From a virus, in the IMG/VR virus record IMGVR_UViG_3300033485_000001, positions 114,540 through 178,539 of that record: a stretch of DNA of 64,000 bases, one strand, 5' to 3'. The notes beneath the pieces were generated by a model. That model made no database searches. It was not told the origin of the DNA and saw nothing but the letters and a program-made list of their open reading frames with translations. How positions within the stretch are numbered: position 1 is the stretch's first letter; each line of letters begins with the position of its first letter. The position numbers and the translations under genes were made by a program. Positions 1 to 9,000 of this stretch are shown one piece after another.

Positions 1-1050
1 ATGGTCGTGATCGGTGACGGCTACCAGATGCGGAAGTACGCCTGCATCGATCCGGCGCACGTCACGGTCAACGTGATGTACTTCCTCGAGCACGCCGACG
101 AGCTGCCGGAGGCGGCGAAGGAGAAGGTCGCGCACAACCTCCTCCGGGCCTGCAACCACTTCGGCATCACGCCTCCGGCTCCGCTGACCAAGATGGCCGC
201 CGGCAGGAAGGTCCTCATCAAGACCGACGGCACCAACATCACGGTGAAGAGGGAGAAGACCGGCGAGCTCAGCGGCTCTCCGGTGATGCCGCTCTCGGCC
301 AGGCCGTCCCTCGCCAAGCTGTCGTCCGTGATCAGTGACCCCTACGTCGAGCCAGGTCCCCCGAGCCGGCGGCAGTTCGACCCCGGCCCGAGCGTCCTGG
401 ACGACGAGCTTCCGCTGGCCAGCTACGGCCAGGTGAAGGAGGCCATGACCTTCTTCCACGCCTTCAACGGCGACATGCACCCGCGACAGCGTCACGAGAT
501 GTGCGTCAAGATCGCGTCGAGGGCTGACGCTCTCGGCATCCCAGTGGACGACGTCATCAGGAAGTACGGGTCCCGCACCTTCGAGACCAGCGTCTTCCTG
601 AAGGCGGCGGCGCTCACCAGGAAGCAGATCTGGGCGGAGATGCAGAACGGCGAGGCTCCGCACCTGCTCGAGCAGATCATGGAGAAGCAGGCGAGCGCGC
701 AGCTCTCTCCGGACGTGTTCGCCGAGGCCCTGGCAGAGCTGGACATCATGACCGGGATCGACAGGTACTGGGACTCCACGGTTCCCGATCCGTGGTTCTC
801 CACCTACGGTCAGCAGAAGCTGGCCGAGGACAAGCAGTGGCGCTGGGCCAACGGGACGGAGTACCTCACCGAGACGCAGCTCATGAAGATGGTGGGCAGC
901 CAGCGCGGACGGGATGCGGTGACCAGCACCTTCGACGAGAAGCTGGCCGATGGCCTGAAGAAGAACCCGACCGTGGTCTTCGACTCCCTCCCCATGGACA
1001 CGAAGAGGACCATCGCCAGGATCGCACAACAACTCGAAGCAGGGCTATAA
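1..1050 (+). CDS. Hypothetical protein, probably virion/head-associated (may extend 5' of the window)
   Basis: Long ORF with phage-like codon usage. Several K-x-A motifs (TKMAA, VKIAS, QKLAE) of the type seen in the head proteins of this window. Confidence 0.7.
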   Translation: MVVIGDGYQMRKYACIDPAHVTVNVMYFLEHADELPEAAKEKVAHNLLRACNHFGITPPAPLTKMAAGRKVLIKTDGTNITVKREKTGELSGSPVMPLSARPSLAKLSSVISDPYVEPGPPSRRQFDPGPSVLDDELPLASYGQVKEAMTFFHAFNGDMHPRQRHEMCVKIASRADALGIPVDDVIRKYGSRTFETSVFLKAAALTRKQIWAEMQNGEAPHLLEQIMEKQASAQLSPDVFAEALAELDIMTGIDRYWDSTVPDPWFSTYGQQKLAEDKQWRWANGTEYLTETQLMKMVGSQRGRDAVTSTFDEKLADGLKKNPTVVFDSLPMDTKRTIARIAQQLEAGL

Positions 1051-1091
1051 TAGCCCGCCCCCTAGAGGAAAGGGGATAGGAGGAGACGGTT

Positions 1092-1826
1092 ATGAGCAAG
1101 GCACTTTCCGGCATGAACCCCAAGAAGCCCCATCTTCTGAACGCGGGCGGGCTCGCAGGCGAGATCAGGGATCTCCGTTCCGATGTCGACTCGGCACTCG
1201 AGAACCTCGAGGAGCGCGACTCGTCCCTGAACTTCCCGGAGCTGGACTGGGTGGACGGCGCCGTGACGGCGGCGGCGGGAGACGTGATCCTGATGGGTCG
1301 CAACTTCCTCCAGGGCCAGACCTTCGCGTCGCTGACCAAGTTCACCGGCGTGGATCAGCTCGTCTTCACGGCGCTCAAGCCCGGCCTGGACGGCAACGCC
1401 CTGACCATCGCGCTCGTGCACAGCCTCGGACTCCCCGCCGTGACCGTGGGCAAGGTGGGCAACGCGATCACCATCACCGCCGACCTCGGAACTCACACGG
1501 GGACCGAGATCGCGACGGCTGTCAACGCCAACGCGGCGGCCACGGATGGCTACCTGCGCTGCGTCGGCGGTGCCGGCACGGCGCAGACCGCCTTCACCGC
1601 AACCCCGCTTGCGGGCGGCACGGGCAGCGGCGACTTCAAGGTCTACGTGGGCGGACAGCTCTGCCTCCCCGGCAACGATCCGGCTGCGGGCACAGCAGCG
1701 ATCACCGCCACGTCAGCCAGGATGACGCACCCGACGGTCACTGGCGCGGCGGCCGGCGACATGGCGCAGATCACGCTGAGGTCGGACAACGTCCTCGCCC
1801 AGCCGATCAGCGCGGTGCTGTCGTAG
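1092..1826 (+). CDS. Beta-rich virion structural protein (tail/collar decoration-like)
   Basis: AGGAGGAG RBS. Ala/Gly/Thr-rich. Segments FTALKPGLDGNALTI, EIATAVNA and PLAGGTG resemble the inserted domains of the sheath at 40247. Confidence 0.65.
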   Translation: MSKALSGMNPKKPHLLNAGGLAGEIRDLRSDVDSALENLEERDSSLNFPELDWVDGAVTAAAGDVILMGRNFLQGQTFASLTKFTGVDQLVFTALKPGLDGNALTIALVHSLGLPAVTVGKVGNAITITADLGTHTGTEIATAVNANAAATDGYLRCVGGAGTAQTAFTATPLAGGTGSGDFKVYVGGQLCLPGNDPAAGTAAITATSARMTHPTVTGAAAGDMAQITLRSDNVLAQPISAVLS

Positions 1827-1838
1827 CGGTGAAGCTCG

Positions 1839-2759
1839 GTGAACGGTCATGAGGACAGGTTCATCGAGAGGTTGCAGAAGGTAGCGGCACCTCCGGAGCC
1901 GCCGCCGCCACAAGAGGAGGACGACCAGTCCCCTGCCTCCGTGGAAGCGGTGCCGGCTCCGGAGGAAGCTGCTCCTCCTGCTGAGAAGCCGAGCTTCGTC
2001 CCGATCGGACCGAAGAACGTCTTCGGTCATCACGACGCTCACCCTCTACTTCTCGATGCCCTGCTGCTCCAGAAGTACGGCCCGCTGTGGCTGGACTGGG
2101 AGCCAGAGACGATCTGGTCGGAGATCGACGACGACTTCGGCCAGGCAGTCAGCGTTCACAACAGGAACAAGATCCAGGCCGTGAGGCTTTGCCATCTGGT
2201 GGACACCCCGTGGACCAGCTGGGAGGTGTTCGTAGTTGTGGCCCAGGCGTTCAACAACAACGTCCCCAACTTCCGAACCCTCCAGCGTCCGACGGTTGCG
2301 CAGATCCTGAATGCGGTAAGCATCATGGACAAGATCAAGTCGGAGGACGAGGTCAAGTTCTCCGAGGAGGTCATGAAGTTCATCGCTGCTTGCTTCCTCG
2401 ATGAGGGGGTGGTGTACCTGCCCCCTCCAGTGGATGAAGCCCAGCATTGGGCATCTCGACCGAGGTATCGCTGTTCCAAGTGTGGTAAGATCGACAGCGA
2501 CGACGACAACGACATCTGCGACAACTGCGGGGTGTCGGACGAGTATCTCGTCAGGGAGATGGAAAGGGACTACAGATCCATCAAGAAGAGGTACGATGAG
2601 TGCGTGGCCGCCGGTCCGAAGCGAGACGAGCTCGGGGACGATACACCCGAGGACGTTCAGACGGCCAAGCTCCTGGTCGCTGACGAGTACGTCAAGGAGC
2701 GTCGCCGGCAGCTCGAGGAGCAGACGAGGATACTGAGGGATGTCCGATCACACCTATGA
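1839..2759 (+). CDS. Hypothetical protein with Pro/acidic N-terminus and internal Zn ribbon
   Basis: CSKC...CDNC pair; QKVAA motif near N-terminus. Confidence 0.7.
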   Translation: MNGHEDRFIERLQKVAAPPEPPPPQEEDDQSPASVEAVPAPEEAAPPAEKPSFVPIGPKNVFGHHDAHPLLLDALLLQKYGPLWLDWEPETIWSEIDDDFGQAVSVHNRNKIQAVRLCHLVDTPWTSWEVFVVVAQAFNNNVPNFRTLQRPTVAQILNAVSIMDKIKSEDEVKFSEEVMKFIAACFLDEGVVYLPPPVDEAQHWASRPRYRCSKCGKIDSDDDNDICDNCGVSDEYLVREMERDYRSIKKRYDECVAAGPKRDELGDDTPEDVQTAKLLVADEYVKERRRQLEEQTRILRDVRSHL

Positions 2760-3684
2760 CATGATCCTGTCCGACGCGATGCTCCGCGAGTTCTACATGC
2801 TCGAGAAGCAGGCAGCCACTGCGTGGACCGGACGACTTGTGGGAGCTGGTATCGGCGCCCTTGGCGGTGGTCTGGCTGGTCGCTACACAGCCCCGGAGGA
2901 ACAGAAGAACCTCGGCACCGTCCGTGGTGCGATCCTCGGCGGCATAGGCGGACTTGGCGCCGGGCAGTTCGCGACCAAGGCAGGGCGCACGGAGGCACTC
3001 CAGTTCGGGCAGCGTCAGCTCCACGGAGCGACCGGCTACATGCCTGGTCGGGGTCTCTTCGGTCGTGGGGCTGAGGGGAAGCAGCTCACCGGATCCGATC
3101 GTATCAAGGCCCTTGAGGACATGGGCTTCAAGTTCGGCAAGGGCAAGGACATGAAGTCGGCCCTGAAGGAGTCCGAGAAGGAAGTCGCCGAGGGTGTGAT
3201 CAGCGGGATCATGCCGAAGGGGGTCCAGAAGTTCTGGGCCAAGCGGCATGCGGCAGCGGAGCTGGCGAGGAGACAGGTAGCCGAGGCTGGGATGACCTCG
3301 CTGCCTGGCCTCGCCAAGGGCTACGTGGGTCGGGGACTACCCGTGGCGGGCAAGGTCATGACGCCATGGCAGGCCGCGAAGACCAACCTGAAAGCTCCCG
3401 GTATCGCGATGGGTGTAGGCGTCCCCGCGCTCATGTCGGCGCAGTCCCTCGCCGAGTACGGACAGACGGGTGACACGGGACAGCTTGCGGGATCACTCGC
3501 TGGAAACGTCGCATTGGGAGCGGGAGGGGCGTTGCCCATAACCGCCGCGATGGGACTGGGATCAGCCGTTGGACGTGCTGGGACGCTGGTTGCTCGAGGG
3601 GCAACACGAGCGCGAGACGCGCTGGTGAACCGCCCCGTTGCGCAGCCTGTCGAACAGCCGGTTGGGCAAGTGGCTCCGCGTTGA
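2740..3684 (+). CDS. Glycine-zipper membrane-type protein with EKQA leader motif (putative ejected/cargo protein)
   Basis: N-terminal MLREFYMLEKQAA followed by GAGIGALGGGLAG and GAILGGIGGLGAG helices. Confidence 0.7.
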   Translation: MSDHTYDMILSDAMLREFYMLEKQAATAWTGRLVGAGIGALGGGLAGRYTAPEEQKNLGTVRGAILGGIGGLGAGQFATKAGRTEALQFGQRQLHGATGYMPGRGLFGRGAEGKQLTGSDRIKALEDMGFKFGKGKDMKSALKESEKEVAEGVISGIMPKGVQKFWAKRHAAAELARRQVAEAGMTSLPGLAKGYVGRGLPVAGKVMTPWQAAKTNLKAPGIAMGVGVPALMSAQSLAEYGQTGDTGQLAGSLAGNVALGAGGALPITAAMGLGSAVGRAGTLVARGATRARDALVNRPVAQPVEQPVGQVAPR

Positions 3685-3692
3685 GGTGATCC

Positions 3693-5597
3693 ATGTTCGA
3701 TTTCGGCTACGGCGGCACCAGTCACTTCCAACCCACGCACACCTACGGTCGCGTGAGAGGGCAGGCGGTCACGCAGGGCGTGGCCTACCCGTCCCCGTTC
3801 TTCGATCTGGCGCACACCTACCTCCCGCCGACGGTCAAGCAGATGTTCAAGTGGTGCAGGTACTACTACCTCACCCAGCCGCTCATCGCTGCCGTCGTGA
3901 ACAAGATGGCGGAGTATCCGATCACGGACCTCGTGATCGACACGGACAACAAGGGTCTCCGCAACTTGTGGGAGAGGTTCTTCGAGGCGGACATCCAGCT
4001 CCGTCCGAGGTTGATCGACATCGGCCTGTACTACATGTGCTACGGCAACGCGCTCGCGTCGCTCATGCACCCGTTCGTGAAGTGGCTGAAGTGCAAGTAC
4101 TGCGGCCACTCGGTCATGGCGAAGAAGGCCATGTACAGGTTCCGCACCTACGAGTTCCACATGACCTGCGACAAGTGCAACCAGACAGGTCACGCTCTTG
4201 TGGAGGATCAGTACCTCCAGACCTCGGGAGGCACCCGCATCATCCTGTGGAACCCCGAAGACATCGACATCGTCTTCAACCCGATCACGCAAGAAACGAT
4301 GTACTTCTACAGCCTCCCCATCCAGACGCTCAACGACATGGCGGTGGGACGGCGGGAGGTCATCGAGCAGCTGCCGCAGGTCTTCATCGACGCTGCGAAG
4401 AAGCGCAAGTCGATCACGCTCAACAAGGACAACCTCTTCCACATCAAGAGGCCATCCGTCCTCTCGGGTCCAAGGGACACCGGCTGGGGTACCCCGCTGG
4501 TGCTCCCCGTCCTGAAGGACGTCTTCTACCTCCAGATCATGAAGAAGGCACAGGAGGCCATCCTCCTCGAGAGGATCGTGCCCCTGACCGTCATCTTCCC
4601 GCAGCAGGCGAGCGGGACCGCAGATCCGTACACGAGCGTCAACCTGATCGACTGGAAGGATCACATCGCGCAGGAGATTCAGAGGTGGAGGCTGGACAGG
4701 AACTACATCCCCATCCTGCCTCTCCCGATCGGGAATCAGGTCATCGGCGGCGACGGACGAGCTCTGCTCATGTCGCAGGAGATCAAGCTCTGGAGCGACC
4801 AGATCGTAGCTGGCATGGGGGTCCCCAACGAGTTCATCTACGGCGGCCTCCAGTGGTCCGGCTCGAACGTGTCGTTGAGGATGCTCGAGAACCAGTTCAT
4901 GAGGTATCTGTCCGGACTCCTCCTCTTCATCAAGGACTTCTTGATCAAGGGTATGGCCGCCCACATGGGGTGGCCCACCGTAGGAGTCAGGTTCAAGCCA
5001 TTCAAGATGGCTGATGATCTCCAGAGGAAGGCGTTCCTCTTCCAGCTCAACCAGGCCGGCAAGGTCAGCGACACGACGCTGATCAACGATGCCGACCTGA
5101 ACCCGGATGAGGAGAACGATCTCCTGCGGAAGGAGACGAAGGCCCGACTCGAATCGGTGAAGGCACAGCAGATCGCGGAAGCTGAGATCGCCGGCGAGGC
5201 TGGTATCGTCCAAGCCAAGTATCAGGCGAAGGCTCAGACGATCATGTCGCAGGAACAGCAACAGGCGGCTGCCGGATCTCAGGGCACTGCCCCTGGAGAA
5301 CCCAGCGAAGAGGTGGGGTCTCAGGCAACGCCACCTCCGGCTGGTGCTCAGCAGGGTCCGATGGGACAGCCTCAGCAGGATCCCATGCAGCAGATCGTTC
5401 AGCGCCTCCGGGCTCTGAGTCCGGAGGCCCAGCGTACCGTGCTAATGAGGATCGAGCAGAGCAACCCGGAGCTGGCGAACCAGCTTCGGGCGCAGTTCAA
5501 GGAGGGTGGTGGTGTCGATGCCTCGCCGAACTCGGCAGGCAAGCCGCTCCCAACCCAGCTACCCCCTCGTAGGGGAACCGAATCAGCGATGATCTAA
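3693..5597 (+). CDS. Portal protein with Zn-ribbon insertion and Q/P-rich C-terminal tail
   Basis: YYLTQPLIAAVVNKMAEYP, GWGTPLVLPVLKD...AQEAI and IVAGMGVPNEFIYGG segments resemble large-phage portals; CKYC...CDKC insert. Confidence 0.75.
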   Translation: MFDFGYGGTSHFQPTHTYGRVRGQAVTQGVAYPSPFFDLAHTYLPPTVKQMFKWCRYYYLTQPLIAAVVNKMAEYPITDLVIDTDNKGLRNLWERFFEADIQLRPRLIDIGLYYMCYGNALASLMHPFVKWLKCKYCGHSVMAKKAMYRFRTYEFHMTCDKCNQTGHALVEDQYLQTSGGTRIILWNPEDIDIVFNPITQETMYFYSLPIQTLNDMAVGRREVIEQLPQVFIDAAKKRKSITLNKDNLFHIKRPSVLSGPRDTGWGTPLVLPVLKDVFYLQIMKKAQEAILLERIVPLTVIFPQQASGTADPYTSVNLIDWKDHIAQEIQRWRLDRNYIPILPLPIGNQVIGGDGRALLMSQEIKLWSDQIVAGMGVPNEFIYGGLQWSGSNVSLRMLENQFMRYLSGLLLFIKDFLIKGMAAHMGWPTVGVRFKPFKMADDLQRKAFLFQLNQAGKVSDTTLINDADLNPDEENDLLRKETKARLESVKAQQIAEAEIAGEAGIVQAKYQAKAQTIMSQEQQQAAAGSQGTAPGEPSEEVGSQATPPPAGAQQGPMGQPQQDPMQQIVQRLRALSPEAQRTVLMRIEQSNPELANQLRAQFKEGGGVDASPNSAGKPLPTQLPPRRGTESAMI

Positions 5598-5640
5598 AAA
5601 GGGGAGGCGTCTCAGATGTTGAGACGCCTCCCTTCACTTT
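5596..5640. terminator. Probable bidirectional intrinsic terminator
   Basis: 13-bp perfect stem GGGAGGCGTCTCA (5602-5614)/TGAGACGCCTCCC (5620-5632). A-run on the left, T-rich on the right, between convergent genes. Confidence 0.8.
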
Positions 5641-5662
5641 CCACAGCCATCGACTCCGGACG

Positions 5663-5758
5663 CTACTCGTCGTCGTCGGAATCGATCAGCCACTCCTCCG
5701 TGCTTCCTGTGACCACTGCGACGTACGCAGACAGGAACGCCAGGAGGAAAAGTCTCAT
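5663..5758 (-). CDS. 31-aa peptide, hydrophobic N-half and acidic tail (MRLFLLAFLSAYVAVVTGSTEEWLIDSDDDE)
   Basis: Translated by hand; AAAGGAGG RBS just upstream; not in the ORF track because of its size. Confidence 0.65.
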   Translation of the reverse strand: MRLFLLAFLSAYVAVVTGSTEEWLIDSDDDE

Positions 5759-5792
5759 CCAACCTCCTTTCCGTCAGACGACACGGTACCCA

Positions 5793-5888
5793 TCAGTCGG
5801 CCTCGTAGTCGCCGAGGAGATCGTCCTCGACCTCCGACTCGAAGTCCGCGAGCTCGCTGTCCTCCACCACGTCTTCCGGATCCACCAT
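5793..5888 (-). CDS. 31-aa highly acidic peptide (MVDPEDVVEDSELADFESEVEDDLLGDYEAD)
   Basis: Translated by hand; AGGAGGT RBS; downstream of a TATAAGATCATTGA promoter. Confidence 0.7.
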   Translation of the reverse strand: MVDPEDVVEDSELADFESEVEDDLLGDYEAD

Positions 5889-5922
5889 GCACCTCCTGAG
5901 CTAGGGTAAGAGTTTTCCCTAC

Positions 5923-5960
5923 TCAATGATCTTATATCTGGGATCTTGTCGTCCTTGCAC
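5923..5960 (-). promoter_or_regulatory. TATAAGATCATTGA-type promoter
   Basis: The minus strand reads GATATAAGATCATTGA; the same core occurs at 48545 and 54319, with a variant at 24042. Confidence 0.65.
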
Positions 5961-5974
5961 GCGATTGGTAGAGT
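5946..5974 (+). promoter_or_regulatory. Sigma70-like promoter for the RNAP gene
   Basis: TTGTCG-17 nt-TAGAGT with an extended -10 TG at 5966-5967. Confidence 0.5.
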
Positions 5975-6042
5975 GAATGAAGCTCATGTTGACCCCCTAG
6001 AGGACTGTGATCCTCGATGATCGGGGGTTGCGGAGGCAGCAA

Positions 6043-9000
6043 GTGGCGAGACTTGACCCGGCCGAGGGGTTCGAGATCCTCAAGAGTCATGTGAAGGACG
6101 CGATCTCCAGCTCGTTCCCACAGGAAGGAGCCAAGAACGTCCTCAAGCTCGAGAGCCTGGACATCCCCGACAAGCTGAGCGTCAGCAACGTCGGAGAGCA
6201 GAAGGCCGCCAAGATGAACGGGCGCACCTGGGGCGTTCCCGTTCACGCGACGCTGGTGCTCGAAGACAAGAAGACAGGCAAGGTCCTTGACCGAAGCAAG
6301 ATCAAGATCGCCACGCTGCCCAAGGTGACCAACCGCTACTCCTACATCGTGGAGGGGTCGGAGTACCAGGTCGACAACCAGTGGCGGCTCAAGCCGGGCG
6401 TCTACACGAAGGTCCAGCAGAACGGTGAGCTGGATTCCTTCTTCAACATTCAGGGGCAGCCGCTGCATCTCGGCTTCGACCCGAAGGAGCGGTCCTTCGT
6501 GATGAAGCACGGAGGAGCGCAGCCCCCGCTGTACCCGATCATGCGGGCTCTTGGTCACAGCGACGGTGACCTCGAGAAGGCGTGGGGCAAGGACATCCTC
6601 AACGCCAACATGACCGACAGCCGGGGGAAGGTGCTGAAGGTCGACAAGCACGCCATCGCCTTCGCGAAGCGCCTGGTGCCAGAGGAGGAGATCACAACCC
6701 TCGAGAAGGCGTCGGAGGTCATCAAGCAGAAGTTCGCCGAGTCGCGTCTGCACCCTGACGTAACGAGCCGCACGCTGGGCAAGGCCATCGACAAGATCAC
6801 ACCAGAGGCGATGCTGCGCTCGTCTCAGCGCCTTCTCGGCGTGGCTCGTGGGACCGAGAAGCCTGACGTCCGGGACTCACTCATGTTCAAGGAGTTCCTC
6901 AGCACCGAGGACTTCATTGGGGAGCGGATCAAGCAGAGCAGCCCGGTCATCCAGCGTCGCATCGGGAACAACATCGACAGGCGGGACAAGATCCGTGACA
7001 TCGTGGGCATGGATGTCTTCCAGCGACCCGTCAAGGAGTTCTTCTCCAAGGTGTCCCTGGCCTCGACCCCAGAGCAGACCAACCCCCTCAAGATGATCTC
7101 GGGTCAGCTTCGTACAACGATCGCTGGGGAGGGTGGCGTCAAGGACGCGAACAGGATCACAGAGGATGCGAAGCTGGTGGACCCAAGCCACTTCGGCGTT
7201 CTCGATCCACTGCACACACCGGAGAGCGTGAAGACCGGCGTGAACCTCCAGCTCGCCCTGGGGACCAGGAAGGTGGGGACTCGCGTAGAGATCCCGCTCA
7301 TCCACGCCAGGACCGGGAAGGTGACCTACCTGGATCCTGGGAAGATCAACGACGCCATGGTGGCGCTTCCCGATTCGGTGAAACGGGTGAACGGGAAGTT
7401 CTCTCCGAAGGAAGGATCCACGGTCCTGGTGAGCGGTCCTGGAAACGAGCTGATGCGCGTTCCCATGAAGGATGTCGAGTACGTCGTGCCGCGCTCGAGC
7501 CAGATGTTCTCGATCGCCACGAACATGGTCCCCTTCATCTCCAGCGATTCGCCGAACCGAGCAACCATGGCCGGCAGGCACATGGAGCAGGCCATCCCGC
7601 TCGTGAACCCAGAGGCCCCGCTGGTGCAGTCTGTCCTCGGCAAGAAGAGCTTCGACGAGCTCGTTGGTTCCTACGCCTCCCATGCGGCGCCGGCGGACGG
7701 GACCGTCCTGCGTGTCGAGAAGGACGCCATCCACATCAAGGGCTCCGACAAGAAGACCCACATCGTCCACACCTACGATCACTACCCGACCAACGACAAG
7801 AAGGGGATGATCCACAGCAACTCACTCGTGAAGGCCGGCGACAAGGTCACGAAGGGTCAGGTCGTAGCCGACACCAACTTCACCAAGAACGGCGTCTACG
7901 CCCCAGGCAAGAACCTCCAGGTCGCCTACATGCCGTGGCGGGGGTACAACTTCGAGGACGGCGTGGTGATCAGTGAGACTGCTGCGCAGAAGCTCACGAG
8001 CGAGCACCTCCACAAGAAGGGCCTGTCCACGAAGGAGGCGCAGCTTCTGGGGACGAAGAAGTACCAGGCGTACTACCAGGACCGTCTCAACAAGGAGCAG
8101 GCCGCCAAGCTGGATCCTGACGGAGTGGTCAAGCCTGGGATGAGGGTGAAGCCAGGAGACACGCTGATCGCAGCTCTGGCGGAGCAGCAGCTCACCACCG
8201 AGGAGCAGAAGCTGAAGCTCTTGCACAAGAGCTTGGTGAGGCCGTTCAAGGACAAGGCAATCACATGGGACGAGGACGTGGAGGGGGAGGTCATCGAGGT
8301 CAACAAGAGGGGGACCAGGGTCGACGTCCACGTCAAGACGGCGGAGCCGATGGACGTGGGGGACAAGCTGGTGGGTCGTCACGGAAACAAAGGAATCGTG
8401 ACGATGATCCTACCAGACCACGAGATGCCGAAGACGAAGGACGGGAAACCGATCGAGGTGATCATGAACCCCATCGGGACCCCCGGCCGTATGAACATTG
8501 GACAGGTCCTCGAGACGGCTGCCGCAAAGATCGCGCAGAAGACTGGTCAGCCCTTCAAGGTCACCAACTTCGAGGTGGAGAACAACCTCGAGTTCGTCGA
8601 GAACGAGCTCAAGAAGCACGGGCTGACCGACAAGGAATCGATCATCGATCCGAAGACGGGCAGGGAGATCCCGAACATCCAGGTTGGCCCGCAGTACATC
8701 CTGAAGATGGAACACCAGGTCGGGAAGAAGATGGCTGCCCGATCACGGGATTCTTACGACCGCAACCTGGTGCCGAAGGGTGGCGGTCCACACGGAGCTC
8801 AGGCCCTCGGCTCGCTCGGCATCTACTCCATGCTGGCCCACGGTGCCAAGGCCAACATCCGGGAGATGCAGACCTACAAGAGCGACAAGTCGCAGGGTGG
8901 TGACAACGACGAGCTCTGGAGTGCGCTCCAGGCTGGTGAGATGCTGCCCCCGCCCAGGACCACCTTCGCCTACAACAAGTTCAACTCCTACCTGAAGGCG

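Noticed and set aside
1042-1056. N4-type hairpin promoter (GGGCTA-TAA-TAGCCC containing TATAAT)
   Set aside because: Single instance, overlaps two stop codons, no recognisable -35, and the RNAP here is not N4-like. It may still be a TATAA-family promoter.
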